Positions 37,342 to 47,253 of a stretch of 64,000 bases of DNA are shown piece after piece. The translations under genes and the position numbers were made by a program. This DNA is from a virus, in IMG/VR virus record IMGVR_UViG_3300027859_000890, positions 32,001 through 96,000 of that record; one strand, written 5' to 3'. Position 1 is the stretch's first letter. Each line of letters opens with the position of its first letter. The notes under the pieces were generated by a model. It ran no database searches, was not told where the DNA came from, and worked only from the letters and a program-made list of their open reading frames with translations.

Positions 37342-38572
37342 CACATTTTGCGGCTACCCATTCAAGGAAATGACCTTGAAACTTTGGAACGAAGAGGGCA
37401 AACTTAAATCAACTAGTCCGTGTTGTATGATGTTGAACTTTGATCATACAGGTATTCCATTATATAGATTAGCATCACATAGACCAGATTGGATTTTTGA
37501 TAGCAAGCCTTGGAAGCGTTTACGCAAAGATGCATTACAAGGAATTAGAAATCCTGCTTGCAAAGTTTGTTGGGATATGGAGGATAGAGGACAGCCTAGT
37601 TACAGAATGTTCAGTCCAGAAGTGTCTGTAGAAGAATTAAAAAATCCAAAAGTTAGAACAATAGATCTTACATTAAGCAATGTATGTAATTTGGCTTGCA
37701 GAATGTGTGATGTATCCAGTAGTAACCAATTAAACAAAGATTATGATAAGTTTGTAGAACAAGGCACAAAAGAAGAAATACAAAATATTACATCCGGCTT
37801 TACACACAAATACCCCCGTAGAAACCAACATCTATCAAGACAGTTTAGATGGTTACAAAAAAACACAAGCGAAATTACAACTATCAGAGCCAGCGGCGGT
37901 GAACCTTTTTATGACAAACACGTTATGAACCTACTGAATTTGTATATACAAAAGGGCAACGCACCTAGCACAAGTTTAGAATTTCATACAAACGGAACTG
38001 TTATAGATGATAGAGTAATTAATGTAATATCAAAGTTCAAAAGCAATGCACATACTTTCAGTGTTGACGGCACTGGTAAGACTTATGAGTACATTAGACA
38101 CAACGCAGACTTTCAAGTATTAGATAACAACATTAGAAAATATCTAACATTAGATAATGTAGAAGTTTTAGATTTTAACTATGTTATTTCAGCACACAAT
38201 TTACATAACATTGTAGATTGGGTGAAATGGATACACAGTTTTGATACTGAATTTAGATTAGCGTGGAGCGATGTCTATCCAGTTTATAGAGGTATACATA
38301 TTGGGCACCTACCTACAAAAATACTCAAACCAGTGTATGACGAAATTGAAGCACAAGACTGGGGATGGAGAGAACAAAAAGATTCTGTGTTGAAATTTAT
38401 AAAACTTGCTATGGATCAGCCTTTTACAAAAGAAGGTGCTATGAAATTGTATAGAGAAACTGAAATTTTTGATATGTCAAGAAATCAATCCTATAAAAAT
38501 TTTCTGTATCATCCAATGGTAGAATATCTCACATCAGTAAAGCAGAAATATTTGACAAAAATCAAAAAATAA
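37316..38572 (+). CDS. Radical SAM protein with N-terminal twitch/SPASM-like Cys domain
   Basis: FCGYP...PCC...CKVC; CNLACRMC; SGGEP; TNG. Confidence 0.88.
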   Translation: MKKQPEKDNTFCGYPFKEMTLKLWNEEGKLKSTSPCCMMLNFDHTGIPLYRLASHRPDWIFDSKPWKRLRKDALQGIRNPACKVCWDMEDRGQPSYRMFSPEVSVEELKNPKVRTIDLTLSNVCNLACRMCDVSSSNQLNKDYDKFVEQGTKEEIQNITSGFTHKYPRRNQHLSRQFRWLQKNTSEITTIRASGGEPFYDKHVMNLLNLYIQKGNAPSTSLEFHTNGTVIDDRVINVISKFKSNAHTFSVDGTGKTYEYIRHNADFQVLDNNIRKYLTLDNVEVLDFNYVISAHNLHNIVDWVKWIHSFDTEFRLAWSDVYPVYRGIHIGHLPTKILKPVYDEIEAQDWGWREQKDSVLKFIKLAMDQPFTKEGAMKLYRETEIFDMSRNQSYKNFLYHPMVEYLTSVKQKYLTKIKK

Positions 38573-38580
38573 TGTAAAAT
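38552..38580 (+). promoter_or_regulatory. Sigma70-type promoter of clpP
   Basis: TTGACA-17nt-TAAAAT. Confidence 0.6.
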
Positions 38581-38598
38581 AATAAAAAAGGAGAGCAA

Positions 38599-39216
38599 AT
38601 GCCACTAGTACCTATTGTTGTAGAAAGTGAATCTAAAGGTGAACGCAGTTATGACATTTATAGTAGACTGCTGAAAGACCGAATTATTATGATGCAAGGT
38701 GTTGTTGAGGACACAATGGCAAATCTTATTGTAGCACAAATGCTATTTTTAGAAAGTCAAAATCAAAATAAAGCAATCAAGTTGTATGTAAACAGCCCAG
38801 GTGGCAGCGTTACATCAGGACTTGCAATTTATGACACAATGCAATTTGTAAAGACACCTGTGCATACAATGGTAATGGGTCAAGCCGCAAGTATGGGTAG
38901 TTTCTTAGCACAAGCAGGTGAACCAGGACATCGTTATGTCTTACCAGAATCACGCACAATGATTCATAGGGTAAGTTCAGGCACAAGAGGCACGAGCGGT
39001 AGTGTACACGTACAAGAGCTTGAGTTTGAAGATGCACGTAGACATTTTGAAGAAAGCAAACGATTAAACAAACGTCTTACTGAATTATATGTGCGTCATA
39101 ATACGGCTGAAAAGACATATGAAGAATTATTTGAAACAATGAAATTTGATACTTTTTTAAGTGCAGAAGAGGCAGTAGAAAATGGACTCGCAGACAAAGT
39201 CATCGAAAGTCGCTGA
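38599..39216 (+). CDS. clpP: Clp protease proteolytic subunit
   Basis: [26 protein letters not shown]-x-FLSAEEA. Confidence 0.95.
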   Translation: MPLVPIVVESESKGERSYDIYSRLLKDRIIMMQGVVEDTMANLIVAQMLFLESQNQNKAIKLYVNSPGGSVTSGLAIYDTMQFVKTPVHTMVMGQAASMGSFLAQAGEPGHRYVLPESRTMIHRVSSGTRGTSGSVHVQELEFEDARRHFEESKRLNKRLTELYVRHNTAEKTYEELFETMKFDTFLSAEEAVENGLADKVIESR

Positions 39217-39541
39217 TACAGTAGCGGCACTCAAAGGTATTCCTACTAGAGAAGAATTAGTAGAAACATTGGGTAAAGAAATAGTTGATGTAACATTTAA
39301 GAAGCTAAGTGGTGATGAACGTAAAATGAAATGCACACTTATTCCTAGTATGTTACCACCTGCACAACGTGACGATAAACTAAGCCAAACTAAAATACGT
39401 AACTTAGAAGAAAAAACCATTGTTGTATGGGCTATAGATATTGAGCCTAGTGCTTGGCGTAGCTTCCGTTATGATAGAGTTACAGCAGTTGAAATTGATA
39501 AGTACTATGGTAACGGAACAGAGGACACAGCAAACTATTGA
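39182..39541 (+). CDS. SH3/WYL-like beta-barrel phage protein
   Basis: [17 protein letters not shown]...WRSFRYD. Confidence 0.7.
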   Translation: MDSQTKSSKVADTVAALKGIPTREELVETLGKEIVDVTFKKLSGDERKMKCTLIPSMLPPAQRDDKLSQTKIRNLEEKTIVVWAIDIEPSAWRSFRYDRVTAVEIDKYYGNGTEDTANY

Positions 39542-40077
39542 TACTTACAACCAAATTAAATTTTGATCTTAGCACCTTCTTAAACGCAGATTATGAACAA
39601 CACAAAGGTAGTTGTATCAGTTATCAGGTGCGTGAACAAGAAGATATTCACAAAACTTTTGGCGGCTTTCCAGATAGCTACAGTGAAGACAATACTAAGA
39701 TACAGCAACTATGGTTTGATGACGGTGATGTTGATTATGCTAGTTTAGGCGAAAAATTAAATATAGATATAGTCACTGTAAGCAGTATTTTGCAACCACC
39801 AGGTAACACAATTACAATGCATAGAGATACATTTTTTAAAATAAAAAATATGTATCCAGATGATACTAGGAAAAAAGTACGTGCAAACATCTATTTAGAA
39901 GATTGGCAGCCAGGACATATAATACATTATCAAGACACATATAAAGAATGGCAATCAAGCACACATTGGCACGCCGGTGAAGGATTTATTTGGGATAGTG
40001 ATCATTTACACCTAAGTGCAAATGCAGGATTGAAGCCTAAATATACGCTACAAATTTCAGGATTTTGGAAAATATAG
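39538..40077 (+). CDS. 2OG-Fe(II)/cupin hydroxylase-like protein
   Basis: QPPG...HRD, LEDW-x-x-GH, HLSANAG, LQISG. Confidence 0.65.
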   Translation: MILTTKLNFDLSTFLNADYEQHKGSCISYQVREQEDIHKTFGGFPDSYSEDNTKIQQLWFDDGDVDYASLGEKLNIDIVTVSSILQPPGNTITMHRDTFFKIKNMYPDDTRKKVRANIYLEDWQPGHIIHYQDTYKEWQSSTHWHAGEGFIWDSDHLHLSANAGLKPKYTLQISGFWKI

Positions 40078-40078
40078 G

Positions 40079-40107
40079 TTGACAATTATTTGTTAATTTG
40101 CTATAAA
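40079..40107 (+). promoter_or_regulatory. Early sigma70-type promoter
   Basis: GGTTGACA-17nt-TATAAA with TGn. Confidence 0.7.
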
Positions 40108-40136
40108 AAAGCATAGGCAATTAAGAAAGGCTTGAA

Positions 40137-40382
40137 ATGTATAAACTATATAAAGCAACAGTGCCAGCGGCACGTAATCACGTTAAGTGTAAATATCCTT
40201 TTCCTGATATGAAAGTAGGACAGGCATTTAATGTTCCCGGCAATGATCCTGCCGCAAAACGCAACAACAGTGGAGGCAGTGCAATTTTAAGTGCTGTTTA
40301 TAGCTGGCAACGTAGAAATGGTGGACAGTTTGCCACTCGGCGTAATCCTGATGACAGTATATCAGTTTATCGTGTTAAATAA
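40137..40382 (+). CDS. Small basic putative DNA-binding protein
   Basis: KYPFPDMKVGQAF...F-x-TR...VYRV. Confidence 0.65.
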   Translation: MYKLYKATVPAARNHVKCKYPFPDMKVGQAFNVPGNDPAAKRNNSGGSAILSAVYSWQRRNGGQFATRRNPDDSISVYRVK

Positions 40383-40408
40383 ATATAAGCACACAGAGAG
40401 AGGCTAAT

Positions 40409-40912
40409 ATGAAAAAACTATTAATTACAACAGCAATTTTAGCAACTACAGCAACGAGCGCAGTTGCTGACACAGTATACGCACGTATTACAGGTGTTGA
40501 ACCAAGATACGAAACACGTATACAAAACACACCAACCACACAATGTCAAGACGTACAAGTTCCTATTTACGGACAAACACAAGGCAGCGGTGCTAGTGGT
40601 GGAGATGTATTAGGCGGTATGATTTTAGGTGGCTTGCTAGGTAAAGGTGTAGCAGGTGACGACAAAGGTGCGGCAATAGGTGCAATTTTAGGCGGCGTAG
40701 TTGCAGCCGACAATAAAAAATCTAAAAAAGTTGTAACTGGTTATCGTACAGAACGTCAATGTACAGAAGTAATGGCAAGACAGCAAGTTACAGTTGTAAA
40801 AGATTTTGTTATTCATTTTGAATGGCAAGGACATAGAGGTAAAGCATATACCTTCAACGATTATCGTATTGGCGATCAAATACCAGTAGAAGTATCACTA
40901 AGAGCAAAGTAA
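40409..40912 (+). CDS. Glycine-zipper 2TM (YcfJ-like) exported protein
   Basis: Signal peptide; GMILGGLLG...GAAIGAILGG. Confidence 0.8.
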   Translation: MKKLLITTAILATTATSAVADTVYARITGVEPRYETRIQNTPTTQCQDVQVPIYGQTQGSGASGGDVLGGMILGGLLGKGVAGDDKGAAIGAILGGVVAADNKKSKKVVTGYRTERQCTEVMARQQVTVVKDFVIHFEWQGHRGKAYTFNDYRIGDQIPVEVSLRAK

Positions 40913-41112
40913 TGGCTAGTCAAGAAATTTTTACACTACTATATGATATTATAGACAGACTTGAACGAATTGAAGAAAAGCTAGACTTTGATTTAGATAA
41001 CTTACCTGATGATATTGACGAAACATTTGATCGTGTTTTCGAAGATGTTAAGAAACCAAAGCTAAGTATTGTTCGTACAGATAACGTAGTAGAGTTTGAT
41101 AAGAATGATTGA
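40912..41112 (+). CDS. Hypothetical protein
   Basis: TAATG overlap. Confidence 0.55.
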   Translation: MASQEIFTLLYDIIDRLERIEEKLDFDLDNLPDDIDETFDRVFEDVKKPKLSIVRTDNVVEFDKND

Positions 41113-41314
41113 TATTTTAGACATAACCCCAGGCGAAACTTATGCCTGCAAATATAAGTTAGGCGAGGACAAAGAAGAAAAGTTTGGACTAATTTTACTA
41201 CGTGATGTAGATCAAAAATTAGTTAAACTTCAGGATTTGTCCTCGTCAGAACAATTTGTTGTTTCATTTAATGACATTTGGGACGTTGATGAAGTGGAAT
41301 GGGTTGATGGCTAA
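41105..41314 (+). CDS. Hypothetical protein
   Basis: Overlapping ORF in operon. Confidence 0.55.
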   Translation: MIDILDITPGETYACKYKLGEDKEEKFGLILLRDVDQKLVKLQDLSSSEQFVVSFNDIWDVDEVEWVDG

Positions 41315-42777
41315 TGCATTGCTTAATTTTGAGCAATGCTGTTCAACGCTCTCACGGTGGACATAGAATTGCAAGCCATTTAAGATATTTAGGTTGGGAT
41401 TGCGAAGTCCTTGACTATTGTCAAATCCTTGATAAAGAAACTATATTAGAGTTTCTAAGACAACGTATCAATAAACAAACAAAATTTATAGGCTTTAGCC
41501 ACATATTCTTATGGTGGCGTAAAGAATTTAAAGAAATTATGTCTTGGGTTAAAAATAATCACCCAGACATAATGATAATAAGTGGCGCACAAAACTTCTA
41601 TACAAAACAGAGCCAGCCGTTGGTTGATTATAACTTTGCAGGATATTCAGAATGGCAACTAGAAAAGTTTCTAAAATGGAAATTTAGTAACGGTAATCCT
41701 ATTGAATTAGTTAACGGCAATATAATTAATTGCCACAGTGATGGCGGGGCGGCACCTATGCGTGATCCTTTCATAAGATATCAAAAAAGAGATTATTTAA
41801 TGCCCTGGGAAATGGTAGGTATGGAATTTGCACGTGGTTGTAAATTTGCTTGTGCGTTTTGCGACTTACCTAATTTGGGAGTAAAAGGTGATTACACTAG
41901 AGATGTTAAAAGTGTTGAAGAATATCTGAAATATAATTATGATAACTTTGGTGTACACAAATATTTGTGTAGTGATGAAACATTCAACGATGCAACAGCA
42001 AAAATACAAAAATATGCTGAGGTAGTGCAAAAGCTAGATTTTACACCGTACTTTGTTGGATACATAAGACTTGATTTGTGGATTGCTAGACCACAAGATA
42101 GAGAATTTTTGGAAGCAATGAACTTTGTAGGACAATTCTATGGCATAGAAAGTTTTAATCACGATACAAGAAAAGCAGTAAAAAAAGGTATGCATCCTGA
42201 TAAAATAAAACAGGGGTTGCTTGATGTTCTAGATTTTTATAAAGGTAAATTATATAGAGGTACTGTTAGCTTAATAGCAGGTTTACCACACGAAACATTA
42301 CAAACTTTATACGAAACAAAGCAATGGATATTAAAAAATTGGATGCCTCAAAATGTCTATGTTAACGCATATCATATTGCTCCCCAACAGGATTCAGTAA
42401 AAATAAGTCATATTGATAACAATCTAACAAAATATGGTTATGAAGACACAGGATTACCTTCTCCGCACGAAAAACTTCAACTAGTTGGTAATAACATTGC
42501 AATGGGTACAGGACAAGATGCTTATCCACACGTAGTTTGGAAAAACAAACATATGACCTATGTACAGGCAAATAATTTTGCAGCCAGATTTCATCACTCA
42601 AACATAGCAAGCGGAATGAAAACTAGTGCGTGGTTGAATCCTGGTCAAGTTGTAACAAACAAACCTCTTAAAGAATTATTTGATGCACCTCAAGGTAGAA
42701 TTGTAGGTTGGTATAATCCTTTAAAGAAAGAGTTTCTTCCTAAATATATAGAAAAAAAGTTAGGACAATCATTCTAA
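41314..42777 (+). CDS. Radical SAM protein, B12-binding class-like
   Basis: EFARGCKFACAFC, DETFND, GIES, IAGLPHET. Confidence 0.88.
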   Translation: MHCLILSNAVQRSHGGHRIASHLRYLGWDCEVLDYCQILDKETILEFLRQRINKQTKFIGFSHIFLWWRKEFKEIMSWVKNNHPDIMIISGAQNFYTKQSQPLVDYNFAGYSEWQLEKFLKWKFSNGNPIELVNGNIINCHSDGGAAPMRDPFIRYQKRDYLMPWEMVGMEFARGCKFACAFCDLPNLGVKGDYTRDVKSVEEYLKYNYDNFGVHKYLCSDETFNDATAKIQKYAEVVQKLDFTPYFVGYIRLDLWIARPQDREFLEAMNFVGQFYGIESFNHDTRKAVKKGMHPDKIKQGLLDVLDFYKGKLYRGTVSLIAGLPHETLQTLYETKQWILKNWMPQNVYVNAYHIAPQQDSVKISHIDNNLTKYGYEDTGLPSPHEKLQLVGNNIAMGTGQDAYPHVVWKNKHMTYVQANNFAARFHHSNIASGMKTSAWLNPGQVVTNKPLKELFDAPQGRIVGWYNPLKKEFLPKYIEKKLGQSF

Positions 42778-42783
42778 ATAAGG

Positions 42784-42812
42784 TTGACTTGCATTGTAAA
42801 GTAATGTAAATT
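42784..42812 (+). promoter_or_regulatory. Sigma70-type promoter
   Basis: GGTTGACT-17nt-TAAATT. Confidence 0.5.
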
Positions 42813-42833
42813 GTTTATGTAGGAGTAAGCAAT

Positions 42834-43019
42834 ATGGACTTTATGAAATTTTACAGTGTTGAAGGCACATTTACACAGCCATACAAAACACACGGCACAC
42901 TTTGGGAAGCAATTCAAACGAATGCAATATGTGACGAAATGGAGTTTCTTGAAACACAGTTGCGTACTACTTCGTTAGCATCAAAGATGCTGGATGATAT
43001 TGGAGTAAAAACAAAATGA
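42834..43019 (+). CDS. Hypothetical protein
   Basis: AGGAG RBS. Confidence 0.55.
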   Translation: MDFMKFYSVEGTFTQPYKTHGTLWEAIQTNAICDEMEFLETQLRTTSLASKMLDDIGVKTK

Positions 43020-43207
43020 TGGTAATTGGATATAAACCAAATGCAAACTTTGTAGAAGCAAGAAATGTAATCAAGAAGCATACAAATTTTAGCATTAGTG
43101 ACGTGAAACAAATAGTTGATCATATTCGTGAAGGCAATGGCGTAAACTTACCGGATGATTTTGTTTTACGAGAAGACTTAGAAGACTTGAATTTTACGCT
43201 TGACTAA
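43016..43207 (+). CDS. Hypothetical protein, possible L7/L12 C-terminal-like fold
   Basis: VIKKHTNFSISDVKQIVD loosely resembles the L7/L12 CTD motif. Confidence 0.35.
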   Translation: MMVIGYKPNANFVEARNVIKKHTNFSISDVKQIVDHIREGNGVNLPDDFVLREDLEDLNFTLD

Positions 43208-43216
43208 ATAGGTTGT

Positions 43217-43307
43217 GGATGGGTGGCTGAGTGGTCGAAAGCGGCTCCCTGCTAAGGAGTTGAACGTGTAAAGCGTTCCCAGGGTTCGAATCCCTGTCCG
43301 TCCGCCA
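43217..43307 (+). tRNA. tRNA-Ser(GCT)
   Basis: Cloverleaf, anticodon GCT, long variable arm, G73, encoded CCA. Confidence 0.95.
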
Positions 43308-43312
43308 TATGT

Positions 43313-43387
43313 GGCCCGTTCGTCTATCGGTTAGGACGCAAGGTTTTCAACCTTGAAAGAGGAGTTCGATTCTCCTACGGGCTACCA
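43313..43387 (+). tRNA. tRNA-Glu(TTC)
   Basis: GGCCCGT/ACGGGCT acceptor stem, CAAGG-TTTTCAA-CCTTG, CCA. Confidence 0.95.
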
Positions 43388-43391
43388 CAAT

Positions 43392-43476
43392 GCAGGTGCG
43401 ATACAGTTGGAGAGGTATGCTGGTCTCCAAAACCAGTGCGTAAGCTGAGCGAGTTCGAATCTCGCCACCTGTGCCA
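43392..43476 (+). tRNA. tRNA-Trp(CCA), atypical long variable arm
   Basis: CTGGT-CTCCAAA-ACCAG; 12-nt variable region; G73; CCA. Confidence 0.85.
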
Positions 43477-43479
43477 AAT

Positions 43480-43552
43480 GCGGAATTTCTCCTGGGAGAG
43501 GACTCAGCCTTCCAAGCTGATGGAATCGGTTCGAATCCGGTATTCCGCTCCA
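43480..43552 (+). tRNA. tRNA-Gly(TCC), atypical D-arm
   Basis: GCGGAAT/ATTCCGC, TCAGC-CTTCCAA-GCTGA, U73, CCA. Confidence 0.88.
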
Positions 43553-43556
43553 TTAA

Positions 43557-43633
43557 GTGGGTGTGTCCGGAATTGGTTACGGACCGGATTGCAAATCCGT
43601 GTTATGCTGGTTCGAGTCCAGTCACCCACTCCA
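43557..43633 (+). tRNA. tRNA-Cys(GCA)
   Basis: GTGGGTG/CACCCAC, CGGA-TTGCAAA-TCCG, U73, CCA. Confidence 0.93.
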
Positions 43634-43655
43634 GCACTGATGTATAAATATCTTT

Positions 43656-43883
43656 ATGTATACAGTAGAGTTTGAACACGATGAGGTTTGCATAACTGTT
43701 ATGGACGACACCGGTACCCACGGTGATATTAAAGTGCGGGCATACGAAGACGCAGTCTATATAACCCAAGATGATGAAGAACTAGATGTGGAGTTTATTT
43801 TAGAAATGAATCCACAAATGTGGGATGAACTTATTTCTGCTATACATTCGCCTGAGGGCTGTTTCAGAATAAAGAGAAAGTAA
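43656..43883 (+). CDS. Acidic hypothetical protein
   Basis: Exact TATAAATA at 43643-43650 just upstream. Confidence 0.6.
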   Translation: MYTVEFEHDEVCITVMDDTGTHGDIKVRAYEDAVYITQDDEELDVEFILEMNPQMWDELISAIHSPEGCFRIKRK

Positions 43884-44041
43884 TGTTCAAAGCCGTTAAA
43901 GAAACTATTTGGCATCTAACTTGTGGTAAATGTAAAAACTGGTTCACCTATGCAACTATGGAAAGAATGTGTATTGATAGATATACTTTTCATTGTCCGC
44001 ATTGTGGACACAAGGGTGGTTGTGAAATAGAAAAAGATTGA
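43883..44041 (+). CDS. Small zinc-ribbon protein (52 aa, not in ORF track)
   Basis: CGKC...CPHCG; TAATG overlap. Confidence 0.7.
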   Translation: MFKAVKETIWHLTCGKCKNWFTYATMERMCIDRYTFHCPHCGHKGGCEIEKD

Positions 44042-44083
44042 CATAATAAGTTCTTTATGTTATATTTTTTAATGCGATAAATA
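44038..44083 (+). promoter_or_regulatory. Tandem sigma70-type and late promoters
   Basis: TTGACA-17nt-TATATT plus TAAATA 44078-44083. Confidence 0.55.
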
Positions 44084-44100
44084 CTCTATAATAGGAGAAA

Positions 44101-44847
44101 ATGATGGGCGGCAGAGTATTTGATGGTACTAGTGATTTTGATCACAATGCTATAGAAGAACTTTTGGATCTAGTCAATAATAAGATTCTCAAAGGCACAG
44201 GAATTGAATGTATTCCTGTGGGCAGTGCCGCAACACCTACACCAGGTAAACGTTCTGGTGATTTAGATGTTATTGTTGATGCTAATGCTGTGATAAGCTA
44301 TTTTAAAAGCACAAATGTAAAAGAAGCAAAACAAGCATTGAGTGATTATATTACCCAAAGAGGTTTCAATACAAAAGTTATAGGTACAAATGTACACGTA
44401 CAAATGCCACTTGGCGGCGAAAGTCATCAATTAGATATAATGGTGGTTGATGATGCAGCCGTTGTAAGTAAATTCCATAAACACGATATTCCACAAGGTT
44501 CTAAGTATAAAGGTATACACAAGCAACTTGCTATCGCAAAACTTGCAAAAGCCAAAGGTATGTTGTGGAGTGCTTGGAAAGGTTTATTTTACCGCACAGA
44601 ACAAAATAAAGCAGGCGAATTTATTTCTAACGATCTAAATGATATTGCAAAAGCATTGTTAGGAGATGCTGCCAATGCTAACGATCTTGGTAGTTTAGAA
44701 ACAATAATGGCAAAGTTGCCACCACAAGAAGCAGATGCATTAATGGCAGAACTAGAACAAGATCGTAACTGGAAAACAGAATCATTAGAGTTGAATAGAA
44801 TTAAACAACTAGCAGGATTAAGTTTGAACAGTGTGAGAATGCTATGA
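44101..44847 (+). CDS. Pol-beta-superfamily nucleotidyltransferase-like protein
   Basis: GS...SGDLDVIVD and QLDIM; C-terminal ELNRIKQLAGL. Confidence 0.7.
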   Translation: MMGGRVFDGTSDFDHNAIEELLDLVNNKILKGTGIECIPVGSAATPTPGKRSGDLDVIVDANAVISYFKSTNVKEAKQALSDYITQRGFNTKVIGTNVHVQMPLGGESHQLDIMVVDDAAVVSKFHKHDIPQGSKYKGIHKQLAIAKLAKAKGMLWSAWKGLFYRTEQNKAGEFISNDLNDIAKALLGDAANANDLGSLETIMAKLPPQEADALMAELEQDRNWKTESLELNRIKQLAGLSLNSVRML

Positions 44848-45968
44848 GATATGCAGAGCTAATTGAAGCCAAACAACTTGGTAGAGCATTTAACCATTTA
44901 GAAGATCTAGTATTTTTCTATGGCAGTGCTGGAACAATTGAAGCTCTAGAACATTTGAAAGACTTTGCAACACAAGAAGGCAGCAACAGCATTCGTATGA
45001 AGTGGGATGGCAATCCGCAGATATATTGGGGTAGAGCAGAAAAAGGCGGTCCGCTTGTATTGGCAGGACATAATGCTTGGAGCAAAGGTGCTGCCGCTAC
45101 AAGTGCAGAAGAAGTTGCAGACTTTATTATAAACAAATCAGGTAATCCTAAAACATCAGAAGAAGTTGCTGCTCGTAGAGAATTTGGCAATAAATTTGCA
45201 AGTTTATATGACGACTTTGATAAAGCAACACCAAGTGACTTTGTAGGTTATGTATATGCAGATGGTTTATTTTTGGATCAACCTACACAAGAGAATGGTG
45301 TATATACTTTTTGTCCAAATCCAAAAAGTGAAACTTGCTATCACGTCAAAGCAGACAGCGATTTAGGAAGACAGATTTCACAAGCAAATATAATGGTTGT
45401 TGGACACGCTTATTTTCCAGAGTTTGGTGCAGCAGATGCAACACAGGAACCTATGCAAGATTTTAGTGCGTTTAATGCCAATCCAAATGTTATTGTTTTA
45501 GGACCAGTTTACAATACAAAGCCAGTAAAAGTAAACACATCAGCAATAGATAAAGTAGAATCGTTTGTCAAAACACACGGACCTAAAATAGATGAATTTT
45601 TGGCTAGTGTACCTGGCCTAAGTGATCTAAAAAATATAATTTACACATATGTAAATCAAACAGCAAAAGCAAAACAATTAGACAGCCTAAGTGAACAGCA
45701 TTTCTTCCAATGGTTAGAAAGCAGTAAAGTAAGCGCACCAAAACAGGCCAAAATAGGCGAACTAAACCAACGTACAAAAGCAATAGGTGCTATATTCGAA
45801 CTTGTGAAAATGATACAACGTATGAAAGATCAAATTATTGATCAAGTAGAAGGCGAACAAGGAGACATTTGGGACACTAATGGAGAAGGAAGAGTACGTT
45901 ACGGGGGAATGGATAAACAATTTGGTAATGTTAAATTAGTACCAAGGAAAAGGTGGACACCGTCTTGA
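44844..45968 (+). CDS. DUF6267-like protein (ligase-type KxDG motif)
   Basis: HLEDL, KWDG, GEG-x-V, KLVPR; N-terminal MRYAELIEA. Confidence 0.65.
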   Translation: MRYAELIEAKQLGRAFNHLEDLVFFYGSAGTIEALEHLKDFATQEGSNSIRMKWDGNPQIYWGRAEKGGPLVLAGHNAWSKGAAATSAEEVADFIINKSGNPKTSEEVAARREFGNKFASLYDDFDKATPSDFVGYVYADGLFLDQPTQENGVYTFCPNPKSETCYHVKADSDLGRQISQANIMVVGHAYFPEFGAADATQEPMQDFSAFNANPNVIVLGPVYNTKPVKVNTSAIDKVESFVKTHGPKIDEFLASVPGLSDLKNIIYTYVNQTAKAKQLDSLSEQHFFQWLESSKVSAPKQAKIGELNQRTKAIGAIFELVKMIQRMKDQIIDQVEGEQGDIWDTNGEGRVRYGGMDKQFGNVKLVPRKRWTPS

Positions 45969-46492
45969 GATATAGAGAAATTATAAAAGAAGCAAGCTAT
46001 AATAATTGGGACCATAAGGAAGCAGTTGATTACAGCAAATTTTTGGAACAAACATTTGGTGCTCCTGATGAAATGACTGACGAACAAACAGTTTGGCATA
46101 ACATTGATGGATTCAAACGTGTAGTATGTAGAGATGAATATATCTTACACGGATCACCAGCACCGCATTATGATTTTGTATACAGCTATGTTGATATGGA
46201 AGTGCCAGAAAGTTTATCAGACGAACTAGCAAAGTGCTCAGGTAGTATACTTATTGACCATTTGAAGAATGAAGTAGGCGCACGTTGTGGTAGCCTTACA
46301 GCAAATGCAACAACACTTAATTTTGTTATGGATGTAGTAGCAGGCAGAGCAGAACCAGAAAAAGAAGAATACGAAAAGCGTATACTTGGTATGAAAGACA
46401 AGTTTGAGCGTGGTATGAAATATACATTAGATTGGTGGCCTGATGAAGCAGGAGATGCGGATCCTGAAAATCCGTATTATGCTGAGGAATAA
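45965..46492 (+). CDS. Hypothetical protein
   Basis: TTGA overlap; N-terminal MRYREIIKEA. Confidence 0.6.
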   Translation: MRYREIIKEASYNNWDHKEAVDYSKFLEQTFGAPDEMTDEQTVWHNIDGFKRVVCRDEYILHGSPAPHYDFVYSYVDMEVPESLSDELAKCSGSILIDHLKNEVGARCGSLTANATTLNFVMDVVAGRAEPEKEEYEKRILGMKDKFERGMKYTLDWWPDEAGDADPENPYYAEE

Positions 46493-46494
46493 CA

Positions 46495-47253
46495 ATGCAA
46501 TTGCTTGAGTTGACAAATAAGTTTCAGCACTTGGATCCTAATATGTCTAGAGGATTGTACAGTCGCGGAGACAAAGAGGCAACTAAAGAACTACAAACGT
46601 GGTTGAATGATAACGGATATGATTCAGGCAAAGTAGATGGCATTTATGGTCCAGAAACCACTCAAGCAGTAAGAAACTTTCAAAGCGATGCTGGACTAAA
46701 AGTAGACGGCGATGCTGGTAGAGAAACTATTACTATGATAGTAAAAATTGATACAGGCGTTGAACCATTACCAACAAAAATTCAAAGAGGTGTTGACCCT
46801 GATATCAAAAAACGTGCTAAAATAAGTGCGTGGAAAGCAACAGATGTTGTAAATTTACTTGGACACTATGCACAAAAATATAGATTAAACAAAGATTTTG
46901 TTATGTCAATTGCACAAAAAGAAAGTAATATGGATCCTATGGCAATAGGTGATAAGAATCTTGAACATAAAGCATATGGCATAATGCAAGTACGTAAGCC
47001 AGCAATGGATGAAGTAAATAGTATATACGGTACTGACTATACTGAAGATGACTTAATGGAGTTTAATCCACAAGCAATAGCAGAAGTTGGTGTTGGATAT
47101 CTTGCAGCCGCAAGAGACAAATATGGAGCAAAAACATTTTTTGATGTAGCAGCCACTTACAATGGAGGTCCAGCAGGTCCTCGTAACCAGCGAGCTAGAA
47201 ATTATGCGACGGATGTTTTACAAATAATGCAGGAAAGGTCTAGAAGCAGATGA
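46495..47253 (+). CDS. Peptidoglycan-binding plus SLT lytic transglycosylase
   Basis: VDGIYGPET...FQ...DG PG-binding domain; ES, GIMQ, A-T-YNGG. Confidence 0.88.
   Translation: MQLLELTNKFQHLDPNMSRGLYSRGDKEATKELQTWLNDNGYDSGKVDGIYGPETTQAVRNFQSDAGLKVDGDAGRETITMIVKIDTGVEPLPTKIQRGVDPDIKKRAKISAWKATDVVNLLGHYAQKYRLNKDFVMSIAQKESNMDPMAIGDKNLEHKAYGIMQVRKPAMDEVNSIYGTDYTEDDLMEFNPQAIAEVGVGYLAAARDKYGAKTFFDVAATYNGGPAGPRNQRARNYATDVLQIMQERSRSR

Noticed and set aside
43347-43675. ORFs across the tRNA cluster
   Set aside because: The region is fully explained by tRNA cloverleaves.
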